Program-made: the position numbers and the translations under genes
In this document: piece by piece, positions 29,896 to 41,200 of the stretch
How positions within the stretch are numbered: the first letter of the stretch is position 1
Layout: every line of letters starts with the position of its first letter
Assembly (NCBI GenBank): GCA_963744145.1
Contig: CAVUSO010000001.1
Span: forward strand, 4,128,001-4,192,000
Source: an uncultured cyanobacterium
GTDB taxonomy: Bacteria; Cyanobacteriota; Cyanobacteriia; Cyanobacteriales; CAWUOF01
Length of the DNA stretch: 64,000 nucleotides
Direction: 5' to 3'
The notes under the pieces: model-generated
The model's input: only the letters and a program-made list of their open reading frames with translations
Database searches by the model: none
Told to the model about the DNA's origin: nothing

Positions 29896-30789
29896 GTGAT
29901 GTTATTTAACGCTACTGAACTACTAATTGACGATTTTGTCAAAAAATTGAAAGAAGGTTATCACCGTACCTATGGGGGATATAAGTCTGACTATGAAGAA
30001 ATCATTGGTTGGGCTGGTGGTATGGCTTTGGAGAATATTGCCAATAGCGATGCTTTATATCATAACGTTGAGCATACGATCTTGGTGACTTTGGTGGGAC
30101 AAGAAATGTTACGGGGCAGACACATTCGTGAGGGTGGAGTGTCCTGTGATGACTGGTTACATTTTATTATTTCTTTGTTATGTCACGATATTGGCTATGT
30201 TAAAGGAGTGTGTCGTCACGATCAAGATGGTTGGTATGCTACAGGTAAAGATGGTAAAATGGTGGGTTTACCTCCCGGATCTACTGATGCTAGTTTGACT
30301 CCTTATCATGTCGATCGGGGTAAACTATTTATTGAGGAGCGTTTTGGTGGTCATAAGTTAATTGATGCGACGGTAATTAAACGCAATATTGAACTCACTC
30401 GTTTTCCTGTACCAGGAGATCAAGATCATCAAGATACAATTAATTATCCCGGGATGGTTCGTGCTGCTGATTTGATTGGACAATTAAGTGATCCTAGATA
30501 CTTAAAGAAAATTGCTGCACTGTTTTATGAGTTTGAAGAAACCGGGTTTAATCAAAGGGTCGGATATCGTCATCCAGGTGATTTACGGAAAAATTACGCT
30601 AAGTTTTACTGGAATGGTGTCTATCCTTTTGTTCAGGATGCACTTTATTATCTATCTTTGACACAGCAGGGAAAACAAATTATTGCTAATCTCTATGCTA
30701 ATGTCTTTGTGGTAGAACATGAAAAATATGAAGAATTTGATGATCTTGATGGACATTTGGAGATAACTGCGATTAGTAAAGCTGGTTAA
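29896..30789 (+). CDS. HD-domain metal-dependent phosphohydrolase (Npun_R2479-like family)
   Basis: YHNVEHT, CHDIG, HVDRG and ADLIGQ metal-binding motifs. Confidence 0.85.
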   Translation: MMLFNATELLIDDFVKKLKEGYHRTYGGYKSDYEEIIGWAGGMALENIANSDALYHNVEHTILVTLVGQEMLRGRHIREGGVSCDDWLHFIISLLCHDIGYVKGVCRHDQDGWYATGKDGKMVGLPPGSTDASLTPYHVDRGKLFIEERFGGHKLIDATVIKRNIELTRFPVPGDQDHQDTINYPGMVRAADLIGQLSDPRYLKKIAALFYEFEETGFNQRVGYRHPGDLRKNYAKFYWNGVYPFVQDALYYLSLTQQGKQIIANLYANVFVVEHEKYEEFDDLDGHLEITAISKAG

Positions 30790-30857
30790 TCTATTGAGGA
30801 TTTTTCCAGATCGTTGATGAAAATTAATTCAATCTCTAGTTAAATTACTGTAGCAGA

Positions 30858-30914
30858 TTGACCTCTCCCCCAACCCCTCTCCTCCGAGGAAAGGGGGTTG
30901 GGGGGTTAGGTCAA
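30858..30914. repeat. GC-rich palindromic repeat/hairpin between convergent genes
   Basis: TTGACCT..CCCCCAACCCCT..TCCT / AGGA..GGGGGTTGGGGG..AGGTCAA inverted repeat. Confidence 0.75.
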
Positions 30915-30981
30915 GCATTTAGTTCAAGCGCATAAAACAGTCCTGTACTTTGCTCCCGATCGGATTGATAATTAAGTTCTA

Positions 30982-31810
30982 TTAATCTAAAGTTTTTAAC
31001 ATGGTTTTTAACATATCCACAATAATTTGTTGAGGATTATTCAGAATGAAATACTTATAACTGGGATGGGAGTTTATTTCAATTAACCAATATTTTTGGT
31101 CCCGATCGATGGCAATATCTAAACCAGCATAAGGGATCGGAAGCTTGAAGAAAATTGGCTCTATAAATTTTTCAATTTCTGCAATTATCTTTTGGTCAGT
31201 GATCTGGATTGCTTTTGCACCTTCCCAGTGCAGAGGAGATAGATTACCAATAAATTGAGCTTCAGCTTTATTCTTTTCATACAGAAGCATTAATTTATTA
31301 TTAAAAACAATTGCCCGATATTCCTGGATAATATCAATATATTCCTGCACCAGTGCCACATAGTCAAAATTTTCATGATTGATATTAAAAATTTTGGTCA
31401 AAGATAGTTTGATTTGGTCTAGATGATCACAAAGAAATACATTAACTCCACATGAGCCAGAATTACTTTTAACAACTACTGGCATGGTAAAATTGTTGTT
31501 TATTTCTTCTAAAATTGCATCCAATATCTGCAAATTTTACATATTTTTTATATTTTTTTTTGGTGTCAGGGTATAAAAAAGCTAAAGTTTTTGGAATATT
31601 AACTAGATCCTTGATCACATGGTAAGCATAGTCTTTGTTCTTAAAGATTTCAGCAACTGATTTAGAAATAAAAGGTGTAGATAAATTAGTAAAATAGTAA
31701 AAATTATTATTAATCTTAATTCTCACTAAGCTTTGGTGAGAAGGAATTATTTCAAAATCGAGATTTAATTGTTGACAAGCTTCTACTAAAAGTCGAAGAT
31801 GAGTATTCAT
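30982..31810 (-). CDS. RimK-like ATP-grasp ligase; split by a +1 indel at ~31521
   Basis: PVVVKSNSGSCG, VQEYID..EYR, AGLDI, IEINSHP. Removing one base joins KFADI to DAILEEI. Confidence 0.8.
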
Positions 31811-32060
31811 TTTTGATGATTAATTGTGATTGATTTATTGGAACGGGTCTCAACATAACATAGATTGAGATTTAAGTCAATTCAATAATCAATAGAGCAG
31901 AAAATGCCTGATATATCACAACTTTTCACTAATTCCCAGCCTAACTGAAATTTTGAATTTGGCGCAGGAGAAATTTACTTTTGGCCTGAAACCAGATATG
32001 ATGGTTGGCAAGCCCCGTAAATCAATTTACGATCGATTAATCAGCCCATCCTCTGCGCTT

Positions 32061-33578
32061 ATGACCTTTAATTCAATTCTGTATGGACTCTTCCTGTTAA
32101 GTATCTTTATCGTTTACTGGTGCTTACAAGAACAAAAGTTGCGACTGTGGACACTGTTCATTGCTAGTCTAGTCTTTTACGCTTCTCTCCAAATACAATA
32201 TATTCCCCTGCTTCTGGCTAGTGTCCTGATTAATTTTTATCTGGGGCTCAGGTTGGGGGAAAATACCGGATCAGGACGTCATCGAAAAAACTGGAAACTG
32301 ACTAACGCCGAGTGGCAATTTGCCCAACAAGATTGGAATTGGCGCAGGTTAATTGTACTGATTTTCGCGATTAGCCTGAATATTTTGCTATTGCTAAGTT
32401 TTAAATATCTGCCCTTTATTTTCACATCCTTAAGTACCTATCTATCATGGCCTTATGGCTTAGAAATTGCAGAATGGTTTAGTAAACACGCGATCGCTCC
32501 GGTCGGAATCAGTTTTTTTACCTTTGAGTGTATTGCTTACTTAGTAGATATTTATCGTGGGGCACCAGCTGCAACTAAATTGAGCAAATTTGCTGCTTAT
32601 AAATTCTTTTTTCCTAAACTTCTTTCCGGTCCAATTACCCGCTATCACTACTTAGCCAACCAATTTAAAACCTTAGAATTTCCTCGCACTAACCAACTGG
32701 TAGAAGGATTATGGCTAATCGCATCTGGAGCGGTGAAAAAAAGTATAATTGCTGATAACCTGGGAATTTTCGTTGATTTATGCTTTGGCAATTTACAGCG
32801 AGCTGGTAGTGGGGATTTATGGTTAGCAACCTGTGCTTATGGACTACAACTATATCTAGATTTTAGTGGTTATGTAGATTTAGCCAGAGGTAGTGCCTTA
32901 TTACTAGGTTTACATCTCCCGCCAAATTTTGATTTTCCCTATTTTAGCACTAGCATTGCCGAATTTTGGCGACGGTGGCATATTACCCTAGGAGATTGGC
33001 TAAGAAACTACATTTATTTTCCGCTTGGTGGTTCAAGAGCAGGATTAATTCGCACTTGTTTTAATTTATTAATTGTCATGGTAATTGCGGGAATCTGGCA
33101 CGGTGCAGCTTGGGGATTTATTTTTTGGGGGTTCTTGCACGGTTTAGGTTTAGTAATTCACCGATTAACAGAAAGTATTTGTAATTACTGGTCTTGGCTG
33201 AAAAGTGGTTGGCAAAGTTTACCGGGAATCGTCATCGCTTGGTTATTAACTCAAGGAATGGTATTTGGTTCTTGGATTTTCTTCCGATTGCCTAATTTTA
33301 AAGATTCGGGCTGGGTATGGGAGCATTTTTGGGGTCATCAAGCTGACATTCAATTTGCCCAAAAAGTTTATTTGGAAGCGCTGGGTCTATCGCGATTTCA
33401 AGTTATCTCACTTATCTTAGCTTTGGTAACTTGTATGAGCATAAATTATGCTGTAACTCGCGGTTTGAAAGTAGAGTTAACCTTACCTCTCAAAGCACTA
33501 TTGGTCCCCTTGAGTCTTTATGCAGTTTTCTTATTAGCTCCTGCGGGTGGATTACCTTATATTTATTTTGACTTTTAG
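32061..33578 (+). CDS. MBOAT-family O-acyltransferase (AlgI/DltB-like)
   Basis: MTFNS start; PVGISFFTF, FFPKLLSGPI, YLDFSGY, FWRRWHITL..WLRNYIY.PLGG, catalytic GIWHG; ends YIYFDF. Confidence 0.93.
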   Translation: MTFNSILYGLFLLSIFIVYWCLQEQKLRLWTLFIASLVFYASLQIQYIPLLLASVLINFYLGLRLGENTGSGRHRKNWKLTNAEWQFAQQDWNWRRLIVLIFAISLNILLLLSFKYLPFIFTSLSTYLSWPYGLEIAEWFSKHAIAPVGISFFTFECIAYLVDIYRGAPAATKLSKFAAYKFFFPKLLSGPITRYHYLANQFKTLEFPRTNQLVEGLWLIASGAVKKSIIADNLGIFVDLCFGNLQRAGSGDLWLATCAYGLQLYLDFSGYVDLARGSALLLGLHLPPNFDFPYFSTSIAEFWRRWHITLGDWLRNYIYFPLGGSRAGLIRTCFNLLIVMVIAGIWHGAAWGFIFWGFLHGLGLVIHRLTESICNYWSWLKSGWQSLPGIVIAWLLTQGMVFGSWIFFRLPNFKDSGWVWEHFWGHQADIQFAQKVYLEALGLSRFQVISLILALVTCMSINYAVTRGLKVELTLPLKALLVPLSLYAVFLLAPAGGLPYIYFDF

Positions 33579-33680
33579 CCTGAGCATGATTCCGATGCAA
33601 CGGCAAGATGCTCACTTCACCTAAGTAATTGTATACTAAGTGAATATAGTACAATGTGTAAGCGAATGTGAAAATTCTTT

Positions 33681-34830
33681 AGACATCTCCAAAATTTAAA
33701 CTTCGTGCTAAAATAAGAAAAAATATCGTCAAGTTGGTCAAAAGGTTAGAGCTAATGAGCCTGATATTAGAATACCTGGAAAAGCATCCCAAAGAGGCCA
33801 AACGTCTAATTGGAATTACGGCTGAACAATTTCAGCAATTATGCGGTCATGCAGAAATTTTGGTCAAGCAAAAACAAGAGAAAATTGAAACTAAGAAAAT
33901 TCGGATTAATCGTCAAGGAGCTGGTTGTAAATCCAAACTTTCAATCAAAGAACAAGTATTGTTAACCTTGGTATATTTGTCCCAATTTCCGACTTTTCAA
34001 TACTTAGGTATTCAATTTGAAGTGAGCGAGTCTACCGCACATAACATTTTTCATGAGTGGGTGATTACTTTGGGAGAGTTACTACCAGCAACTCTGTTAG
34101 AACAATTGAAAAAAAAAGAGACAGATTACGAATTAGTGCAAGAAATATTGACTCAGTATGAATTAATCGTAGATAGCGCTGAACAGCCGATAGAAAGACC
34201 ATCTGACTACGAAGAGCAGAAAAAATTCTTTTCAGGAAAAAAGAAAAGGCATACCAGAAAAACTCAATTTATTGTTTTGCCTAAAGCCAAAGATATTGTC
34301 GATCTAAAAGTAGGTGACCCTGGTCCAAAAAGCGATATTAATCAATTTCGAGAACGGCAAAAAGAATTTAGGAGTGAGCAAAAATTCCGAGGAGATAAAG
34401 CTTATATAGGAGCTGAACAAATATCTACTCCCCACAAAAAACCGAAAAATCGTCAATTAACTGAACAGCAAAATGAGGAAAATCAAAAATCTGCACAGAA
34501 ACGTATTTATGTGGAACATGTAATTAGATTAGTAAAAATCTTCCGCATCGCTCAAGAAAGATTTCGACTGAGGGCGAAAAATTATGAGCAAGTTATTCGG
34601 CTGGTATGTGGGTTAGTAAGACTCCGAATTGAAGCCTTAGTTCTGTCGAGGTTATCTACTGAGTAAATAGTCTGAATATGAAGTGAATTCAATTTTCTAT
34701 ATTTTGGCAAGTTTTTAACAACAAATGCTTCAAATGCTTATAATCTCGTAATTCAACCTTGCATTAAAAAAGTAAGCAAAAACTACCAAATTATTACCCA
34801 CAAAGAACTTCCTAATTTTTGGAGATGTCT
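33681..34830 (+). mobile_element. IS5-like (DDE_Tnp_4 type) insertion sequence, 1150 bp, with a TTT target duplication
   Basis: Perfect 14-bp TIR AGACATCTCCAAAA (33681-33694)/TTTTGGAGATGTCT (34817-34830); TTT at 33678-33680 and 34831-34833. Confidence 0.92.
33755..34666 (+). CDS. IS5-family transposase (HTH_Tnp_4 + DDE_Tnp_4)
   Basis: IVDSAEQPIERP, FSGKKKRHT, GDKAYIG, RIYVEHVIR. Confidence 0.9.
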   Translation: MSLILEYLEKHPKEAKRLIGITAEQFQQLCGHAEILVKQKQEKIETKKIRINRQGAGCKSKLSIKEQVLLTLVYLSQFPTFQYLGIQFEVSESTAHNIFHEWVITLGELLPATLLEQLKKKETDYELVQEILTQYELIVDSAEQPIERPSDYEEQKKFFSGKKKRHTRKTQFIVLPKAKDIVDLKVGDPGPKSDINQFRERQKEFRSEQKFRGDKAYIGAEQISTPHKKPKNRQLTEQQNEENQKSAQKRIYVEHVIRLVKIFRIAQERFRLRAKNYEQVIRLVCGLVRLRIEALVLSRLSTE

Positions 34831-37445
34831 TTTGTGTAGAAGACGATAAATTATTGGCACAACTGCTTCAAGACACCTTAATTAAACAAAATTATCAGGT
34901 GGAACTAGCAGCAGATGGTCTAATAGGATGGCACTTAGCAGAATCCTTTACCTTCGATCTAATTTTGCTAGATTTGGTTTTACCCAAGTTAGATGGGATG
35001 TGTTTTTGTAAACAACTCCGATCCAGTCCGTCTATTCCTCTCAATCCCAATCGAGATACTCCCGTTCTCCTGATGACAGCCGTAGATACAATTACTAATA
35101 AAGTAATGGGATTGGATGCTGGAGCAGATGATTATGTGGTCAAACCTTTTGACTTAGAAGAAATATTAGCAAGAATTCGGGCATTAACGAGACGACCCCA
35201 GCAAATCCGGACACCGATATTAACCTGGGGTGAATTATGTCTCAATTCTAATAATTGTGAAGTGACCTACGGAGGACAATCTGTCTTCTTGACTTCTAAG
35301 GAGTATGGACTCCTAGAACTGTTTTTGCAAAATCCAGACCAAATTTTTAGTTCCGGTCGGTTGCTCGACCGTTTATGGGCTTTAGATGACAGTCCGACGG
35401 AAGGAACTGTTAGAACACATATCAAAAGTTTGCGTCACAAATTCCGACAGGTGGGAGCATTAGAGCTGATTGAGACTATTTATAAATTAGGATATCGATT
35501 AAAAGCACAACCACAGAAAATACATTTAGAAGTTTTTCCAGACCAGAAAAATCAACCAGAAAACCAAATTGTTGATCATCCGATTCAGCCAGCTCTTTCA
35601 TCCTTAAAAGTCTCACCAGAATTGCAAGATATCTGGTTAGAATATCGTCAATCCTATTGCGATCGCTTAACGGTGATTGAAGCAGCTATAAGTGCTTTAA
35701 AAAATGGTCAATTAATCAGTGAAAACAAACATCAAGCAGAACGGGAAGCTCATACATTAATTGGCTCATTGGGTAGCTTTGGGTTAGTTGAAGCAGCTCA
35801 GATTTCGCGAAAAATACAGCAGCTTCTCCAACAGGAACAAACCTTAGCAACAGCAGAAATTGCTCAATTAGAACAACTGATCGCAGAATTAAAACAACAT
35901 TTGCAAGATCCAAATGACCATAATCAAGAAATCAATTCAGATGAATTATTATCGCTTTCGACATCTTTACCCTACTCTTATAGTGCACTGCTGTTGATCA
36001 TCGATCGGGATGTCAATTATGCCAACAAAATTGCGATCGAAGCAATTACCTGGGGAATTCAGACAGAAATCGCGATCGAATACCACCAAGCATATACATT
36101 GCTCAATCGTCATAATTTTGATATCATTATTTTAGATTTAAACTTTTCCGATGTCTGGGAAAATGAATTAAAATTTCTGGCTAATATCCATTATGGTTAT
36201 CCCCAGAGTCCGATCATTATTTTGACTGCTGAAGAATCTTTAAGTAAAAGAATCCAAACCGCTCGATTGGGAAGTCAATGCTTTTTGCAAAAAAACCTGA
36301 TCACTTCTCATCAGATCTTAGAAACTGTTACCCAAATTCTGCAACAAACTAAAGCATCTCCTCAACGGTTATTAATTGTTGATAATGATCCAGTTCAGAT
36401 CGAACTTTTCCAGAGCTTATTCGCACCATATAATTATCAAATAACCTACCTCGAAAATCCCCAAAAATTCTGGGAAACTTTAGAGATCACTGCTCCCGAT
36501 CTCGTCATCTTGGAAACAGAATTTGCTAGGGATTCTTCTGATATCATCGAAAATCAAAAAAATCTGATCTATCCTTTAAGTGGGTTTGATTTATGTCAAG
36601 TCATCCGTCATGATCCGCTTTGGAATCGATTACCAGTTCTTTTTGTATCTGCTCATACAGATCCAGAAATAATTCAGCGTTGTTTTGCTTTTGGTGCTGA
36701 TGATTTTTTAAGTAAACCAATTGTCCAAGACGAATTACTGCTCCGGATTAAAGTCCGATTAGAACAGCGAAAATTATGGAAAGTAACGGAAATAGATGCT
36801 TTGACAGGAGTCAGTTTAAGACAAAAAGCTTTACAAAATTTAACCCGATTACTCAATTTAGCGAGAAGACAACATAAACCCTTAAGTTTAGCTCTGCTAG
36901 ATTTAGACTTATTTAAACAGGTTAATGATCAGCATGGACATGAAATGGGTGATTATGTGTTAAGTTATCTAGGAAAATTATTATCTCAGCTATTTAGACA
37001 AGAAGATGTGGTGGGAAGATGGGGGGGTGAGGAGTTTATCCTGGGTATGTACGGAGCAACTAAGGAAAATGCTATGAGTCGCTTAACTAAATTTCTTCAT
37101 CAGTTTAGACAACATCAATTTATTGGCAAAAATCACAAATTATTCCAAGTTACCTTTAGTGCTGGAATCGCTCAATTTCCAGAACATGGTCAAGATATAC
37201 ATAAACTTTACCAAGCAGCCGACATTGCACTTTATCAAGCTAAAACTTCAGGAAGAAATCAAATCTTTCTAGCAGACATGGATTAATCAGATGAATGAAC
37301 CAAACTGTATTGATTACTCAGTGGGCGCTTGAATGCTTAAAAATATGCTATAATCGTTGAAAGTGATGCACTTCAATAGTTCGAGCATTGCGCCCCTTAT
37401 TGTACTAAGGATTAGGGTAAATAAACCGAGAGCAAATCAATAATT

Positions 37446-37706
37446 ATGAGTAAACTAATCTTAGAAATTCCTGCTCAAGTAACAGAAGGATTACGCTTAC
37501 CTCCTGATGAACGTCTTCATCGAGTACGCATTGAACTAGCAATTAGACTGTATCAAAAAAGTATTCTTTCCTTTGGTAAAGCGCGTGAATTAGCCCAATT
37601 AAGTAAATGGGAATTTCACGAATTATTAGGGCAAGAAAACATTGAACGTCAATATGACTTAGAAGAATTGGAAACTGATTTAGAAACATTAGAAACCTTA
37701 CTATGA
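37446..37706 (+). CDS. UPF0175-family putative antitoxin
   Basis: ELAIRLYQ..LSFGKARELAQLS.WEF..LL pattern; ATGA overlap with the downstream PIN gene. Confidence 0.82.
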   Translation: MSKLILEIPAQVTEGLRLPPDERLHRVRIELAIRLYQKSILSFGKARELAQLSKWEFHELLGQENIERQYDLEELETDLETLETLL

Positions 37707-38191
37707 AAGCTGTCAGTAATTCATCAGTTTTAATTGCTTTAAGCAGTATTGGACAATTAGAATTGATTAAATTAAGATTTCCAAATGGTGTAATTATTCC
37801 CCAATCTGTGTGGAAAGAAGTTGTGGAAACAGGTAGAGGAAGAAACGGTGCTGAACAGGTATCAAAAACTTCCTGGTTAACTATTTCTTCGGTTACTAAT
37901 ACTTCTTTAATCTCTTTATTAAGATTAGAATTAGATGAGGGAGAATCAGAAGCGATCGCGCTTTTTATTGAACAACCAAGTCAAGCTATTTTACTTGATG
38001 AAAAAAATGCTAGACGAATCGCAAAACTGATGAATTTACCTGTATTAGGTACAGTAGGAATTTTAATTTGGGCTAAACAAAATGGATTAATCCCTAATTT
38101 AAAAGAACAACTTAATACTTTACAATCGGTTGGTAAATTTCGGTTAAGTCATTTAATTTATCAAGAAGCTCTTAAAAAAGTTGGTGAATAG
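37703..38191 (+). CDS. DUF3368-family PIN-domain putative toxin
   Basis: VSNSSVLI, V.KE, LDEGESEAI, LLDEKNAR, GTVGIL. Confidence 0.85.
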   Translation: MKAVSNSSVLIALSSIGQLELIKLRFPNGVIIPQSVWKEVVETGRGRNGAEQVSKTSWLTISSVTNTSLISLLRLELDEGESEAIALFIEQPSQAILLDEKNARRIAKLMNLPVLGTVGILIWAKQNGLIPNLKEQLNTLQSVGKFRLSHLIYQEALKKVGE

Positions 38192-38287
38192 AGTTTAGAA
38201 ACGATGCTTTTATTGACTCGCACGGAATCAAAAATATTACACACTTAACCGAACTGTATTGATTTCTACCTCTCCAGAGAAGACGTT

Positions 38288-41200
38288 ATGAATATTTGCA
38301 CTAAAACTATCGATTCAAATGGTCATCAGCACCAATTAGAAAAGGATCAATTATTAAGCCGGATCTTAGCCCAAATCAGCGATGTAATAGTCGCAATTAA
38401 TCTGGAACAGCAGATAATTTATTGGAATCAAGCTGCTGAGGAATATTATGGGATTAAAGCTGAACAAGCGATCGGCAAATCTGAGCAAGAATGTTATCAA
38501 TATTGCTGGTTAAATCCTGAAGATGAAGCGATCGCTCAGGAATCTTTAGCGATTCTGGGTTACTGGAAAGGAGAAAACATTCAGCGTAAATTAACTGGGG
38601 AAGAAATCATATTTGAATCAGCGATTAATGTCTTTAAAGATGAAACTGGTCAGATGATTGGCAAAATTATTGTCAGTCGTGATATTAGCGATCGCTGTAC
38701 GACAGAATTATCTTTACGTCAATATGAACGGATTGTAGCGACAACAGCAGATTGTATGTGTTTAATTGATGGTAACTATACTTACCGAATCGCTAATCCA
38801 GCTTACTTAAAACTATTAAAAAAAACTCATTCAGAAGTGGTTGGACATTTAATTAGTGAAGTGTTAGGAGCCGATAATTTTAGCCAGAATATAAAAAACT
38901 ATCTTGATCAAAGCTTAAATGGTCAATTAGTTGACAATCAACTCTGGATCGAAATTCCCCATATTGGTAAAAGATATATTCGTCGCACTTATACACCCTG
39001 TTTAGATCAGCAAGAGAATGTGATTGGAGCGGTTGTTAGTCTCCAAGACTTAACCCATTTGAAGCAAACAGAAGAAGCACTAGCTAAAGAAATCCTCCGC
39101 AACAAAATTCTCTTTAATATCTCTTTTGATGGGATTGTGATCCTCGATCATCAGGGTAATGTGATCGAAACTAATCATAGTTTTGCCCAAATGATTGGTT
39201 ATCCCTTAGCAGAAACAACAAAACTGAATGTAGCTGACTGGGACCCTCAATGGAGAGAAAATAGTCAAAAGTGTGCAAATAAATCCCTCAAACAACAGGA
39301 AACTTATTTCCATCGTCAAGATGGTTCTCTCTGTCATGTAGAAATTTCTGGTAATTGGGTAGAATGGGAAGGAGAAATTATTAAATTTTGCATAGTAAGG
39401 GATATTAGCGATCGCAAACGAGTGGAAGCAGTTCTCCAAGAAAGGGAAGCATTTTTACGCTCAGTTGGTGATAATTTACCTAGGGGATTTTTGTATCAGG
39501 TTTCTCGCGAATTAGATGGAAGCGATCGGTTTTACTATCTCAGTGCTGGAGTGGAAAGAGAAACTGGTTTAAAAATTGCAGATATTTTACAAAATACCGG
39601 TTTATTACATAGTCAGATTCTGCCCGAAGACTTGGAATATATGAATCAAAAAGTGGTAGAGTCATTAGCAAATATGTCCATCTTTGATGTGCAAGTACGT
39701 GAGCGATCGCCAAACGGAAAAATTCGCTGGTTACATTTGACTTCAAAACCACGTCGTTTAGAGGATGGAAGAGTAGTTTGGGATGGGATTCGACTCGATA
39801 TTACTAATCTGAAACAGACTGAAGAAAAGCTGCGTCAAAATCAAGCTAGACTAATCGAAGCTCAACAAGTAGCACATATTGGGAATTGGGAATATAATCC
39901 CAGCAATGGTAAAATCTTCTGGACTGAAGAATTATTTCGTCTATTCAACCGAGATCCAGCACTTTTAGAGCCAAATTTTCCCGAATATATCCAATTATAT
40001 CATCCCGAAGATCAAGATAAATTACAGCAAGCGATCGCTTACACAATCTCCACTGGAGAATCCTACAAACTCACCCTCCGGACCGTTACTCCCACCGGAA
40101 ATATGCGTTATATCGAAGGAATTGGACGGGCAGAATTGACGACCGATAAACAAGTGATTCGGATCTATGGAACTATCCAAGATGTCACCGAACGTATCCT
40201 CGCAGAACAGGAACTTTGGGAAAGTCAAGAACACTATAAAATCCTGGTGCAAAATGCTCCCGTTGGTATATTTAAAACTGATACTCAAGGAAATTGCTTA
40301 TATGTGAATCCGCGGTGGTTAGAAATGACTGGATTGTCAAGATCAGAAGCATTAGGAAAGGGGTGGGTTCGTGCTATTCATCCTGATGATCAAAAACGAA
40401 TCATTAATGAGTGTAAAAATGGCACAAAACAAGGTTCTTACTGGACAATGGAATATCGTTTCCTGAAACCAAATGGCAAAGAAATCTGGGTATCTGGTCA
40501 AGTTGTACCATTCCGCAATAATTTAGGAGAAATAATCAGCTATTTTGGTACGGTTATGGATATTACAGTACACAAACAAGCTGAAGAATCTCTCTACCAG
40601 GGTAAAGAATATTATCGCTCTTTAATTACAGCATTAGCTGAAGGAATTGTTTTTCAGCAAGCAGATTCAGAAATTACAGATTGTAACGAAAGTGCCCAGA
40701 GGATTTTGGGATTAAGTGCAGACCAAATTATGGGACGAACATCCATTGATTCCATTTGGAAAGCAATCCATGAAGATGGTTCCCAATTCCTTGGTGAAAA
40801 CCATCCCTCAATGGTCACATTAAGAACCGGACAACCTCAAGCAAATGTAGTGATGGGAGTGCATAAACCTGATGGTAGTTTAACCTGGATTTCGATTAAT
40901 TCTCAACCTCTGATTCAACCAGGAGAATCCCAAGCATCAGGAGTTGTTTGTTCTTTTTCTGATATTACTGAAAAAAGAAAACTCACGCAAGAATTAGCAC
41001 AGAAAACTAAACTGCTTGATTCCTTTATTAATTGCGCTCCGGTAGGAATGGCATTTTTAGATGATCAACTTCGTTTTTCGCTAGTAAATGAAGCTTTAGC
41101 AGAAATGAATGGGATCTCTGTAGCTGAACATATTGGCAAAACTCCTGGAGAAATTCTGTCGGATTTAAAAAATCAAATTGAGCCAATATTTACAGAAGTT

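Larger units (their letters stand above)
33668..37286 (+). pseudogene. RcaC-like multidomain response regulator (REC-wHTH-Hpt-REC-REC-GGDEF), interrupted at codon 5 by an IS
   Basis: Excising the IS plus one TTT gives GTG-start MKILCVEDDKLLAQLL. OmpR-type wHTH (LTSKEYGLLE..TIYKLGY), Hpt REAHTLIG, GGEEF with an RQED I-site. Confidence 0.88.

Noticed and set aside
31540..31561. Programmed slippage at the poly-T/A run in the ATP-grasp gene
   Set aside because: The protein reads sensibly through the run (KKKYKKYVKFADI); the frame break fits better at ~31521.
33618..33628. 11-nt match (CACCTAAGTAA) to the putative omegaRNA guide as a self-target
   Set aside because: Too short in AT-rich DNA, and it does not extend to the guide's 3' end.
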